From a virus (lineage: Duplodnaviria; Caudoviricetes): a DNA stretch of 64,000 nt. The notes below the pieces were generated by a model. That model saw nothing but the letters and a program-made list of their open reading frames with translations, had not been told where the DNA came from and searched no databases. The stretch spans positions 32,001 to 96,000 of the IMG/VR virus record IMGVR_UViG_2558860250_000001; one strand, 5' to 3'. Below, in pieces: positions 54,459-64,000 of the stretch. Both the position numbers and the translations under genes were made by a program. Within the stretch, counting starts at the first letter, position 1; each line of letters starts with the position of its first letter.

Positions 54459-56663
54459 ATGATCAATTTACATAATCATAGTTATTATTCGCCACTTGAC
54501 GGTTTTAATAGTCCAGAACAAATTGTGGAAACGGCCAAAGCATTGAACCAATCGCATATTTCGTTGACGGATCATGGTCAGGTATCAGGGTTATACGACT
54601 TTTGGACTGCAGCACGTAAACATGGTATTGTGCCCATTCTTGGTGACGAGGTATATTTCGTGCCCGACGCTACGATAAAAGGTGATGATGTAGATAAGAA
54701 ACGTTCATTAGCTGAGGAAGAATATGACGAGGTTGATGAGTCGAACACGAGACGCAAAAAGAAATCGCGACCGAATCGGCACCTAATATTGTTGGCGAAG
54801 AATTACACGGGTTATCAAAACTTGTTGCGACTACATACCGAATCAAATCGGCCAGAGAATTACTATTACACTAATCGTGTCGATTTCAATTTGCTCGAAC
54901 AGTACAGTGACGGATTGATATGTACAAGTAGCTGTGTCGGTGGCCCCATTAGTCGTGCCATATTGGATGATAGATGGGAACTGGTTCATGAATACACGCA
55001 ACGGTTGTTCAATATTTTCGGAGATGATTTTTACCTGGAGATTCAACCGCATATCGTCGATAAGGATGGCGTCAACATCCAGCTGGTAGTGAACAATGGT
55101 ATTGTCAATTTGTCACGCGAGTATGGTATACCAATAATCGCAACGTGTGATAGTCACTATGCGCGTCCCGAACATCGACAATTTCAAGACGCGGTATTCT
55201 GTATCGGACAATCAAAGGGTAATCGACGTGTGACGATATACGACGAGAATCGATTGCGATACGGTGACAGTCAATTCATCATGAGCGCCGACGAGTGTAT
55301 ATCATATTTCGAGCGACAGGGATTTGATTTGACGATTGCACGTGAAGCGATTGAACGTACGCATGAGGTGGCCGCAAAGGTTGAATCGTATGACTTGCCA
55401 AGTGGATTGCCATTGATGCCGAAATTCGATACAGGTGGTGTCGATACAGAAGAATATATACGCGAACAGATTAATGTCGGATACCAACGTAACATCGCAC
55501 CGTATATTTCACCAGAACAACGTGCGCAATATCTCGCACGCATACGCGATGAGTATGAAGTTATCCGAACAGGTATGAACAATCAATCGTTCAGTGATTA
55601 CTTTCTTGTCGTGGCTGATATGATTCGTGCTGCAGAGGAACGTGGCGTACAAACTGGTGCTGGTCGTGGCAGTGTAGGCGGATCACTCATTGCACGTGCG
55701 CTCGGCATGACGAAGATTGATCCGATTGAGCATGGACTATACTTCGAACGGTTTTTGAACAAAGACCGCATCGGCCCACCAGATGTTGATTCCGATTTTG
55801 CCGAGCAGTTACCAGTAATTCGTTACTTGCAACAGAAGTATGGGTTTGACCATGTTGCACGTGTTAAGACGTATGTGTATTTGCAGCCTAAATCGGCTGT
55901 ATTGATGGCACAGAAGGCGTTGGGATTACCATATAACGAGATATCGAACGTCACAAAGTACATGAGCAATGACGATTTGGATATGCAATACAAGAACAAT
56001 CCAGAATTTCATAAGCTGTGTGATACGTATCCCGAACTGTTGCCACTAGCCAAGGGATTAGTCGGTGTAATCGAACACAGCGGGTTGCATGCTTGTGCCG
56101 TGGTTGTGTCGCCTGAACCTTTGACGTTGCACACCGGACTCGACTACAACAAAGAGGATAATGTATGGGTAGCGGAATACGAGTACAAAACACTTGAACA
56201 CATTGGTTTGCAGAAGATTGATGTGCTCGGACTCAATACGCTGTCCATCATGCGTGAGACGTTGAATCTGATTCGCGAACACGAAGGTATTGAGATTGAT
56301 TTGCAACGCATACCGACGGATGATATAAAGACGTTTGAGTTGTTTGGGGAGGGCAGAACTTCCGCTATCTTCCAATTTGAGGAAAGTTGGCAGCAACAAT
56401 ATCTACAACAACTCAAGCCGCACAGTATTGGCGAATTGTCATTTTTGACTGCGCTCGGTCGTCCTGGTGCCATGCAGTATATTGATGTGGCGATTCGACG
56501 CAAAAGAGGTCAGGAACCGATTGAGTATTATCATCCAGACTTTGAGCCGATTTTGCGTGATACGTATGGCATTATCGCGTATCAAGAGCAAACGATGCGC
56601 ATTGCACGAGATATTTGTGGATTTACTATGGGTGAGGCAGATATCCTACGCAAAGCAATTGGT
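54459..56663 (+). CDS. dnaE: DNA polymerase III alpha subunit, exon 1
   Basis: PHP motifs HNHSYYS, TDHG, DSHY; GRGSVGGS, FERFLN, PDVDSDF, KIDVLGL; ends ...ILRKAIG. Confidence 0.95.
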
Positions 56664-57882
56664 TGATTCTGGCCGTCCTATAGGGAAACTTATAGGATTA
56701 TCAGCGGGCAAAATCGGTGAACGCTAAGTTATCTCCAATGAAAATAGGTGGCATCGGAAAGGAGGTGTAATCATGGGCGGAAAGCCATTCACAGAACAAG
56801 AAATTAACTATATCATCGATCTTCATCTACAAGGCTATTCAACTGTCGAAATTGAAAGATTGACAGGACGCAACAATACATCTATCGGACGTTTGTTAGA
56901 ACGAAACGGATATAAACGTTGGAACAAAAAACGGCATATTCTCTTGAATGATATACAAACGATCATCGAAATGTATGCAGGAGGTCAATCGACAAAACAA
57001 ATCGGATCGCAATTTAATATTACCGGAAATACAGTCGCATCGATTCTTCGCGAAAATGGGATTGCCGTTAGACCGAGAGGTCAAGCGTGTCAAATCGAAA
57101 ACGAACATTTCTTTGATACTATTTGTTCTGAAGCACAGGCATATTTCTTGGGGTTGATAATAACAGATGGTAGCATTGTTGCGGACAGTAAAGGGCGAAA
57201 AACATTATCAATTATGTTAAAGGAGGAAGATGGGTACATACTTAATGAATTTGCTCGCCATCTTGGATTGCCGAAAGATCGTGTTAAAATTAGTAACCGT
57301 AATGAGGCGTATGTGCGTACCAGTTCTGCACATTTAATTGATTCGCTAGCGCAATATGGCGTAATTCCACGCAAGACATTCTCAACATATCTGCCAATGC
57401 TCTATGACACATGGATGCCTCATTTGATTCGTGGTATATTCGATGGCGACGGAAGTGTATTTACAACGGGCGGGCGTATAAAGGTCGCTCAGTATGGAAC
57501 ACACAGATTGTGCGATGAAATACAACAATACTTAAATATACATGCTAGTACATCTGTACGGAATGTGTTTGATAAGCCGACTGTGAGTTTTATCCAGTAT
57601 ACCACACGTTCCGATATAGCAAATTTCTACAAATACATTTATTCCGATGCCACCATATTCCTAACACGTAAGAAAGAAAAATTTGGGGATGATATGCCAA
57701 CACCGAGGTAACTGGATTATCGTCCAGTACCGTAACGCATAGGCGGTGAGCGTTAATGAGAGCAATAATCCGCCCACGAGTGTCCGCCACCGTAACGTTA
57801 CAGTCGACGGTGAAAATGTATGCTGAGCTTACGGGAAACCGTAAGAAGTAGAGGATAAAAAGCCTTTACGATAACATAACTG
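56664..57882 (+). mobile_element. Group I intron in dnaE (1219 nt) carrying a homing endonuclease
   Basis: Exon 1 ends in U and the intron ends in G; splicing restores LRKAIG|KKQADLL in frame. P1 (uggu/gccg) and P10 (uucu/agaa) pairings; structured flanks. Confidence 0.9.
56773..57711 (+). CDS. Double-motif LAGLIDADG homing endonuclease with N-terminal HTH repeats
   Basis: YFLGLIITDGSI and HLIRGIFDGDGSV. Confidence 0.9.
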   Translation: MGGKPFTEQEINYIIDLHLQGYSTVEIERLTGRNNTSIGRLLERNGYKRWNKKRHILLNDIQTIIEMYAGGQSTKQIGSQFNITGNTVASILRENGIAVRPRGQACQIENEHFFDTICSEAQAYFLGLIITDGSIVADSKGRKTLSIMLKEEDGYILNEFARHLGLPKDRVKISNRNEAYVRTSSAHLIDSLAQYGVIPRKTFSTYLPMLYDTWMPHLIRGIFDGDGSVFTTGGRIKVAQYGTHRLCDEIQQYLNIHASTSVRNVFDKPTVSFIQYTTRSDIANFYKYIYSDATIFLTRKKEKFGDDMPTPR

Positions 57883-58821
57883 AAGAAACAAGCCGACCTA
57901 TTAGCCAAGCAACGTGACAAATTTATTGAAGGTGGTATTCGTAATGGATATGACCGCGCTATGTTGGAACGTGTGTGGGATGACATAAGCAAATCAGCGG
58001 ACTATTCGTTTAACGCATCGCACTCTGTTGCTTATGCGACACTTGCTTATTGGTGTGGATACCTGAAAGCACATTATCCCGTTTACTACATGACGGCGGT
58101 ATTTAACAACACGGACAAGCCGGATAAATTGGTGAAGTATATGGACGATGCGCGTGCTATGGGTATTCGTATTCTACCCCCTCACATCAACAAGTCGGGT
58201 AAGAAATTTACCGTTGATAAAGACGGCATACGTTTCGGTCTGTCGTCGATTAAGTTTGTGGGCGATAAGGCTGTTGACGAGATATTGGAATTGCGACCGT
58301 TCACATCATACCTGAACTTCGAGGAACGTGTATCGAGTAAGGTGAACAGTCGTATGCGTGAGTCGTTGCGTGCCAGTGGTGCGTTTAGCGAGCTGGATGG
58401 TACAAAGGTCGATCCAAATGCACAGCAGCAAGTAACAGGAATGTACATAAGTGAATCACCTTTTACATTGTATAGGGACATTGTTAACCGTTTCAGTATG
58501 GATTGGGAAGCAGTACGCAATGCTCAGCCGAACGCAACGATTAAATTTTGTGCAACTATTGGCGCGGTGAAGAAGTCTAAGGTAAAGAAGAAAACATCAA
58601 AACAATATGGCCGTGCAATGGCCTTTATGAGTGTACGGATGGAAAACGCCGATGAACCGATAAGGTGTACTTTATTCCCTAACACATATGATAAAGTGAA
58701 GGACGTAGTAAAAGAGGGAGTGGCGGTGTATATTGTTGCTACTGTACAGAAACCGTTGGATGTATTAGTGCAGAATGTAATGCCATTAGAACAAATGAAA
58801 GACATGTTGACTATGATATAA
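57883..58821 (+). CDS. dnaE: DNA polymerase III alpha subunit, exon 2
   Basis: YSFNASHS.AY, YLKAHYP, ILPPHINKS, IRFGLSSIKFVG, OB fold. Confidence 0.93.
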   Translation, partial: KKQADLLAKQRDKFIEGGIRNGYDRAMLERVWDDISKSADYSFNASHSVAYATLAYWCGYLKAHYPVYYMTAVFNNTDKPDKLVKYMDDARAMGIRILPPHINKSGKKFTVDKDGIRFGLSSIKFVGDKAVDEILELRPFTSYLNFEERVSSKVNSRMRESLRASGAFSELDGTKVDPNAQQQVTGMYISESPFTLYRDIVNRFSMDWEAVRNAQPNATIKFCATIGAVKKSKVKKKTSKQYGRAMAFMSVRMENADEPIRCTLFPNTYDKVKDVVKEGVAVYIVATVQKPLDVLVQNVMPLEQMKDMLTMI

Positions 58822-58864
58822 AACGATAGTATAATTGATATAAAGATAACGAGGAGGTTTTCGC

Positions 58865-59368
58865 ATGGAAGTGAAGGTTAAACGTCTGCATCCGGACGCG
58901 GTAATACCACAATATGCACACGAATCTGGTGATAGTGGATTCGATTTATATGCGCTAGAAGATGTAATTATTGAGCCTGGACAAACGGTGAAGGTGCGAA
59001 CCGGATTGGTGTTTGAAATTCCAGAGGGGTATGAACTTCAGATCCGTCCTCGTTCCGGCGTTAGCGCGAAGACGAAGTTGCGCGTGAGTAATACACCAGG
59101 CACTGTAGATGCGAGTTTCCGCGGAGAAGTTATGGTCTTAGTGGACAACATTAAACCATGTGTTCAATCTGGACTACAATACAATATTAAAGAAGAAGTG
59201 GTTAATTGGGATGACAATTACGCACCTGATTCGTACATCATCCGCAAGGGTGATCGCATTGCCCAAGCCGTAATTGTACCGGTCATCCGCGCCGAACTGG
59301 TTGAAGTGGATGAATTGGGAACGACTGAACGTGGCGAAGGTGGGTTTGGAAGCAGTGGCACACGGTAA
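58865..59368 (+). CDS. dut: Trimeric dUTPase
   Basis: SGFDL, IRPRSG, GTVDASFRGE, DRIAQ, RGEGGFGSSG. Confidence 0.96.
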   Translation: MEVKVKRLHPDAVIPQYAHESGDSGFDLYALEDVIIEPGQTVKVRTGLVFEIPEGYELQIRPRSGVSAKTKLRVSNTPGTVDASFRGEVMVLVDNIKPCVQSGLQYNIKEEVVNWDDNYAPDSYIIRKGDRIAQAVIVPVIRAELVEVDELGTTERGEGGFGSSGTR

Positions 59369-59570
59369 GCGTATATATGGAGTTGTAATCAATGGTGTGC
59401 CGATGGTACGCATCGATGAGTTTAAATTTATCACATTGTATGATTATATCATGTCCGCTGATATAAAGTTGTCGCAAATCGCATCGTAGTTGAATATATT
59501 CCTGTATGTATGATATAATGGATGATGTGGCTTTGATTTACGGACATTATTGATACAGGAGATGATATAA

Positions 59571-60248
59571 ATGCGTGGAGTTACACCTGATTGGACCGAA
59601 GAAGAAATTAGAGATTTAGCCATGACCGCAATCAACGTATTGGCTAACGGTGGTAATATATCAGATGGGTTACGCGAGTTTGTGGCACACTCGGAATATC
59701 GAAACTTGGGCAGCGCGAGATTGAAATGGCAGACGCATATTAAAAATCAATATGCAGATGCAATTGAACATGCTCAACGGGCTGGTAGGGGTAAAAAGTA
59801 CATCCCATCTGATGAAGCGCGGGAACAATTCCCCGAGGTGTATGGCGAGAAAGAAAGTGTAGCATCAAAACAAAGTACATTGCTATTAGATGACGATGAC
59901 ATCGAGAAACCGATTAAGGATAATGTTGTAAAGAAAAGCGATGTTATCAAGCACATCAAGAGTTATTTAGAGAGTGTCACTATCCAAGACGACGAGGATT
60001 ACGAAGAAATCATTGCACAGTTGCGGCATGAAAATGCTATGGCGGCGAAACGTATCGCACAACTGAAAAAGGAAAACGAACAAGTCCATTTGTGGAAGAG
60101 GAAGTACGAAGAAGTCAAAGAAGAGTACGATGTGTTGTTGCAAGCGATGAATGTTGCACGACGCCACGCTGCAAATATAGATGATGTGCCGACGAATGTA
60201 CGTGTAGTGACGAACAATCGCGGTGAAGTGGAACGGGTGGAGCGTTAA
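59571..60248 (+). CDS. RsfA/GerR(YlbO)-like sporulation transcription regulator
   Basis: N-terminal SANT/Myb-like WTEEE..DLA...V...R...ARLKW...IKNQYADAIEHA; C-terminal coiled coil ending EEYDVLLQAMNVARR. Confidence 0.7.
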   Translation: MRGVTPDWTEEEIRDLAMTAINVLANGGNISDGLREFVAHSEYRNLGSARLKWQTHIKNQYADAIEHAQRAGRGKKYIPSDEAREQFPEVYGEKESVASKQSTLLLDDDDIEKPIKDNVVKKSDVIKHIKSYLESVTIQDDEDYEEIIAQLRHENAMAAKRIAQLKKENEQVHLWKRKYEEVKEEYDVLLQAMNVARRHAANIDDVPTNVRVVTNNRGEVERVER

Positions 60249-60497
60249 TCGTACCACTCGTACCCACACCGAACCAGATCTAATTTCATGCGAGGCGCCT
60301 CTGCCTCTGCTTTACATATTTAGTGCCTCCACTTCACTTTTGAATTGTGTTAGATATTTTTACGCCGTACTTATCCGTTCCGGACATTCCTTACAGCGAG
60401 TGATTTGTTGAATAATTCAATGAATTAACACTTTGACGCCGTAAAATAATGATTGCGATTACAGATCAAGGAGAGTAGAATGGTGGTAAATCACATA

Positions 60498-60511
60498 CGA
60501 ACACATGTTCC
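60498..60511. promoter_or_regulatory. Bacillus-type LexA (SOS) box
   Basis: CGAACACATGTTCC, a perfect match to CGAACRNRYGTTYC, immediately before the RBS of ORF 60532. Confidence 0.75.
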
Positions 60512-60749
60512 CGTGAAAGGAGAACGAGCAGATGTCAGATATGAAACAGTACCCAGAGGGCCATGTATTCAAACGTTGGACCGAACAGGTGTTGGATTAT
60601 CGCACAGGAAAAATGACGACGGCTCACTGCGAGCAAGTATGGAGATTTGGAAAGGTTGTGACGATAAAAGAAATATTCGGCGATAAAACGCTTGATGAGT
60701 GTTTAAAACATATCTTGTAGGTGGTATACTTAGCGCAGGAGGTATATCG

Positions 60750-61856
60750 ATGCCTGTTTGCGCTATATTTGGAAAAGATGATTATGAATTGCAGTATGCG
60801 GGGTTGTTCGCAGAACATATTCTGGATAATTCGATACCCATAGATAAGTACCGAGAATATAACAGAGATGTTGCGGTCAGGTATAATTTAGTTGTTGCTA
60901 AGTGTATGAGTCGTTACGTTGTAAATATGCGCGACGAAGTTACTTACCTAGAGTCACATAATGTACGCGTTATTAGTATCGATGATAGCTACGACACACG
61001 GCAATCCAACGCGCCGACACAAGACGTTTATCGTTCCTATTTGGCGCAATTTAACGCAGCTAAATCATCAACCGTTATCCGTTCGGGGCTTTTACAGACA
61101 ATAAAGCAGGGGAAGAGACCAGGGCGGACACCATTCGGATATAAGTTAAATGATGCTGGGCAACTTGAAATTGATCCAACCGGCGCCGAAATAGTTAGAG
61201 AGATATACCGACTATATATCGAGAATGATGGGGGTATGAAGGCTGTTGCAGATATCCTTAATGAACATGGATACAAAACAAAAACGAATCGTCGATGGTC
61301 TCCTTCTACTATACGTGAAATATTGACCAATCCTGTATTTATCGGCGTGTTGACATTAGGGGAAAATTTGCGAATCGAACACGCTCACGAACCGATAGTC
61401 GATTATGACACGTGGGAAAAGGTGCAGAAGTTAATTTACGCTAAGCGAAGAAACACAACGAAAAGAGTTAGCCGTAAATTACTTGACGATATTTTATGGT
61501 GCGGAGTATGCGGTAACGAAATGGCATCCGAAGAAGACAAATACGTATGTACCAATATTAAGTGTCCCAATATAGGCATCGACCGGCCTGAATTGGAATG
61601 GCTAGTCGTCGAAAGGGTGAAGGGGTATCTCGCTCGTAAGTACAATAAGTTGTCATTGCAAAGTTATATGCGTAAAGTGACCGACGAAGAAACGGTAAAG
61701 TATATTACTAAAGTCACCGAGAAATTGTATGTTATCGAGCGTTACAGCGCGATCAATCGGTACCGAAAAGAATTGCATGCTGTTGTCGAGAGAATTGAGT
61801 TCACGCCATACGGGAATACATGGGAAATGCAAATATGCTATAAATTCGGTATTTGA
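60750..61856 (+). CDS. Large serine recombinase-like protein with degenerate catalytic domain
   Basis: G..PFGY, AEIVREIYRLY, LNEHG.KT, W....I..ILTNP.FIG, HEPIVD..TW.KVQ, CGVCG; no YxRxS motif. Confidence 0.75.
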   Translation: MPVCAIFGKDDYELQYAGLFAEHILDNSIPIDKYREYNRDVAVRYNLVVAKCMSRYVVNMRDEVTYLESHNVRVISIDDSYDTRQSNAPTQDVYRSYLAQFNAAKSSTVIRSGLLQTIKQGKRPGRTPFGYKLNDAGQLEIDPTGAEIVREIYRLYIENDGGMKAVADILNEHGYKTKTNRRWSPSTIREILTNPVFIGVLTLGENLRIEHAHEPIVDYDTWEKVQKLIYAKRRNTTKRVSRKLLDDILWCGVCGNEMASEEDKYVCTNIKCPNIGIDRPELEWLVVERVKGYLARKYNKLSLQSYMRKVTDEETVKYITKVTEKLYVIERYSAINRYRKELHAVVERIEFTPYGNTWEMQICYKFGI

Positions 61857-62175
61857 CAGATATGCACGTATAGGTTATAATATTACCATGAAGGGAATAT
61901 ATTCATGCATTTCCTTTATGGTAAGTTGTTCAGTAAACACTGGTTGTTGAACAAAAAGTGAGGGTGGTCGTATGGAAGGACAAAAGATACCGTATCCGAT
62001 AATCCGCAAGATGTTAAAGGTCTGTTTCGAGGAGACAAGAACATTTGAGGCGGAGGATGATTCTGGTTTAACTGTTGAGGAGGTGAAGTCCTGGCTTAAC
62101 GATCACGTAGACGACACGTTTGATTGGTTGGTGTAACAACGATATAGTACATATGAAAAAGGGGAACGATATAAT

Positions 62176-63012
62176 ATGGCATTTAGAAACGACTACAAGT
62201 ATTTCAATAAGTGGTTTGTTGTTGGTACCGTCACAAATATTGACAACCAGACGCGCAACGCGGACGGTTCAAGCTACGGTGGGCAATTAACAATCAACAC
62301 GGGTTCTCCAAGTGGACTAGCCCGTGTTCGTATTCCTAACAATCGTAACGTGCCAATGGCATACGACGCTTTGGTTAATATGTTTGACATTGGTTCGCGT
62401 GTAAAGGTTGGATTCACGGGACAATGGTTGCGTTTGGATGAACGAGAATCGAACGGGCGAACATATCGCAATTTCACGCAATTTCATTTACCTGAGTTGG
62501 CCGAGCAGAATGACCATAATCGTATAGCTGGCAAGGTCACCGGAGAACTTATCTCAAAAGACATCATCGATGACTATCTGCGTATCACGGTCGAACAATA
62601 CGAAACGGATAAAGATGGGAATGAAATACTGCGAAACGGACGATCTGAACCTCACTACTTTACGTTCGTTGTACGCGAACATAAAGAGGCTGTATATGAT
62701 ATCCCACTTGGTACGAATATTGAAGTATCAGCGCGCTTCTATAATGATGTAGTACGTGATGATTTTGGCGATATTGTAAATAGTTTTAATGAGGTGCGTC
62801 TTGAGAAGTTTGTTGTACATAGTCAGCCGCAGGTGCAGCAACAACAACAAACGGTGCAATTGCCGCCGCAGTACACACAACCAGTACCAGCGCAATCACA
62901 ACCCGCATTCGTACCACATCAACAGTCGAGTAATCCGTTTGCGTTTCCGCCACAACAACAGGCAAGCGTACCGTTTCCAGGCGTAGGCAACGATCCGTTT
63001 GCCGATCAATAA
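62176..63012 (+). CDS. Putative single-stranded DNA-binding protein (tandem OB-like folds, Q/P-rich tail)
   Basis: Beta-rich halves; low-complexity tail ending DPFADQ; next to a Sak4-like ATPase. Confidence 0.55.
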   Translation: MAFRNDYKYFNKWFVVGTVTNIDNQTRNADGSSYGGQLTINTGSPSGLARVRIPNNRNVPMAYDALVNMFDIGSRVKVGFTGQWLRLDERESNGRTYRNFTQFHLPELAEQNDHNRIAGKVTGELISKDIIDDYLRITVEQYETDKDGNEILRNGRSEPHYFTFVVREHKEAVYDIPLGTNIEVSARFYNDVVRDDFGDIVNSFNEVRLEKFVVHSQPQVQQQQQTVQLPPQYTQPVPAQSQPAFVPHQQSSNPFAFPPQQQASVPFPGVGNDPFADQ

Positions 63013-63070
63013 CTTTATATGATATAATGATGATATAGATGATATAAAGTTTGAAATGGAGGAAATACAT

Positions 63071-63944
63071 AATGGCAGGTTTTAAGAAGGCGACGAAACA
63101 ACAATCTCGTTTGCGTATGGGGCTTATTGCACCAGCAGGAGCAGGCAAGACGTATACCGCGTTATCTATCGGGACTAATCTTGGTAATCGCGTGGCTGTA
63201 ATTGATACAGAACGAGGTAGTGCATCAAAGTATGCAGGTAAATTTGATTTTGATGTGCTCGAATTAGACACCTATAGTCCACAAAACTATATCGACGCGA
63301 TTCATTTGGCTGAAGCCAATGGATATGAGGTATTAATCATCGACTCTTTGTCTCACGCATGGATGGGCAAGGGTGGCGCTTTGGAAATGGTGGACAAGGC
63401 AGCGACGCGTTCACAGAGTCGTAATACCTATTTTGCATGGAGGGATGTAACACCACTGCATAACGCACTGATTGACGCTATTCTTCAAAGTCCCATGCAT
63501 ATCATTGCGACGATGCGCGCTAAGACCGAATATGTTATTGAAAATATCAACGGTAAACAAGTACCTAAGAAAATTGGACTAGCACCAATTCAACGTGACG
63601 GTATGGAATTTGAGTTTGATATTGTCGCTGATATTGACACTGATCACAATATGATTGTGACAAAAACGCGTTGTGATGAATTGGCTGACGCTGTAATCAA
63701 TAAGCCTGGCAAAGATGTGGTCGATACCATTAGAAATTGGTTGTCGGATGGCGTGGAAAATGAGTTGTCTTATGATGAATTGCTGCAACGGGCATTAAAC
63801 AATGTATATGCAAAAGGTTGGGCACAAGATGTGATTCTGACTAAATTCCAAGAGACAACGGGATATGCAGACCCGAACCAATTAAAAACCGACCCAGATG
63901 CGATCAATAAAGTGAAATTGTTCTTGGCTGCATCTCAACAATAA
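63071..63944 (+). CDS. AAA_24 / Sak4-like ATPase
   Basis: APAGAGKT, IDTERGS, IIDSLSH.W, HIIATMRAK, EFEFD. Confidence 0.85.
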
Positions 63945-63966
63945 GATTTTACATCAACGTATCGCG

Positions 63967-63992
63967 TCGGGATGGGGTTAATCCTGTCCCGA
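63967..63992. terminator. GC-rich hairpin after the ATPase gene
   Basis: TCGGGATGGG..CCTGTCCCGA. Confidence 0.5.
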
Positions 63993-64000
63993 CAGAAAGG

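Noticed and set aside
60250-60400. Minus-strand mini-ORFs including an RBS-ATG-TAA
   Set aside because: Too short, with no supporting promoter or conservation evidence.
62445-62455. 11-nt match of spacer B1 (reverse complement) within the SSB-like gene
   Set aside because: Too short and the flanks disagree; not distinguishable from chance.

Overview
This window is a 64-kb segment of a large temperate phage or prophage of a spore-forming Bacillota host, SPbeta-like in gene content. The host assignment is inferred from AGGAGG ribosome-binding sites, sigmaA promoters, Bacillus-type LexA boxes and an RsfA-like gene. Left arm (mostly minus strand): terminase large subunit running off the window edge, ClpP-like protease, tyrosine recombinase, DUF262 protein, a ParM/ParR-like + membrane + M23 peptidase + coupling-type ATPase operon, HNH endonuclease, ThyX, DEDD exonuclease and a multi-TRD C5 methyltransferase. 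Middle: dozens of small accessory genes, including a series of single-gene promoter/terminator cassettes. Right arm (plus strand): adenine methyltransferases, antirepressor, PhoH, class II ribonucleotide reductase, DnaE split by a group I intron carrying a LAGLIDADG endonuclease, dUTPase, RsfA-like regulator, degenerate serine recombinase, SSB-like protein and Sak4-like ATPase. The standout locus is 40.3-42.4 kb. An intact 447-aa Cas12f1-like nuclease, with no cas1/cas2 in the window, is preceded by two tandem, sequence-divergent but structurally isomorphic tracrRNA + mini-array units. In each unit the anti-repeat is fused directly to the first repeat (a natural single-guide layout) and has co-varied with that unit's own repeat. 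All calls come from reading the sequence and from remembered family motifs; no database search was run.
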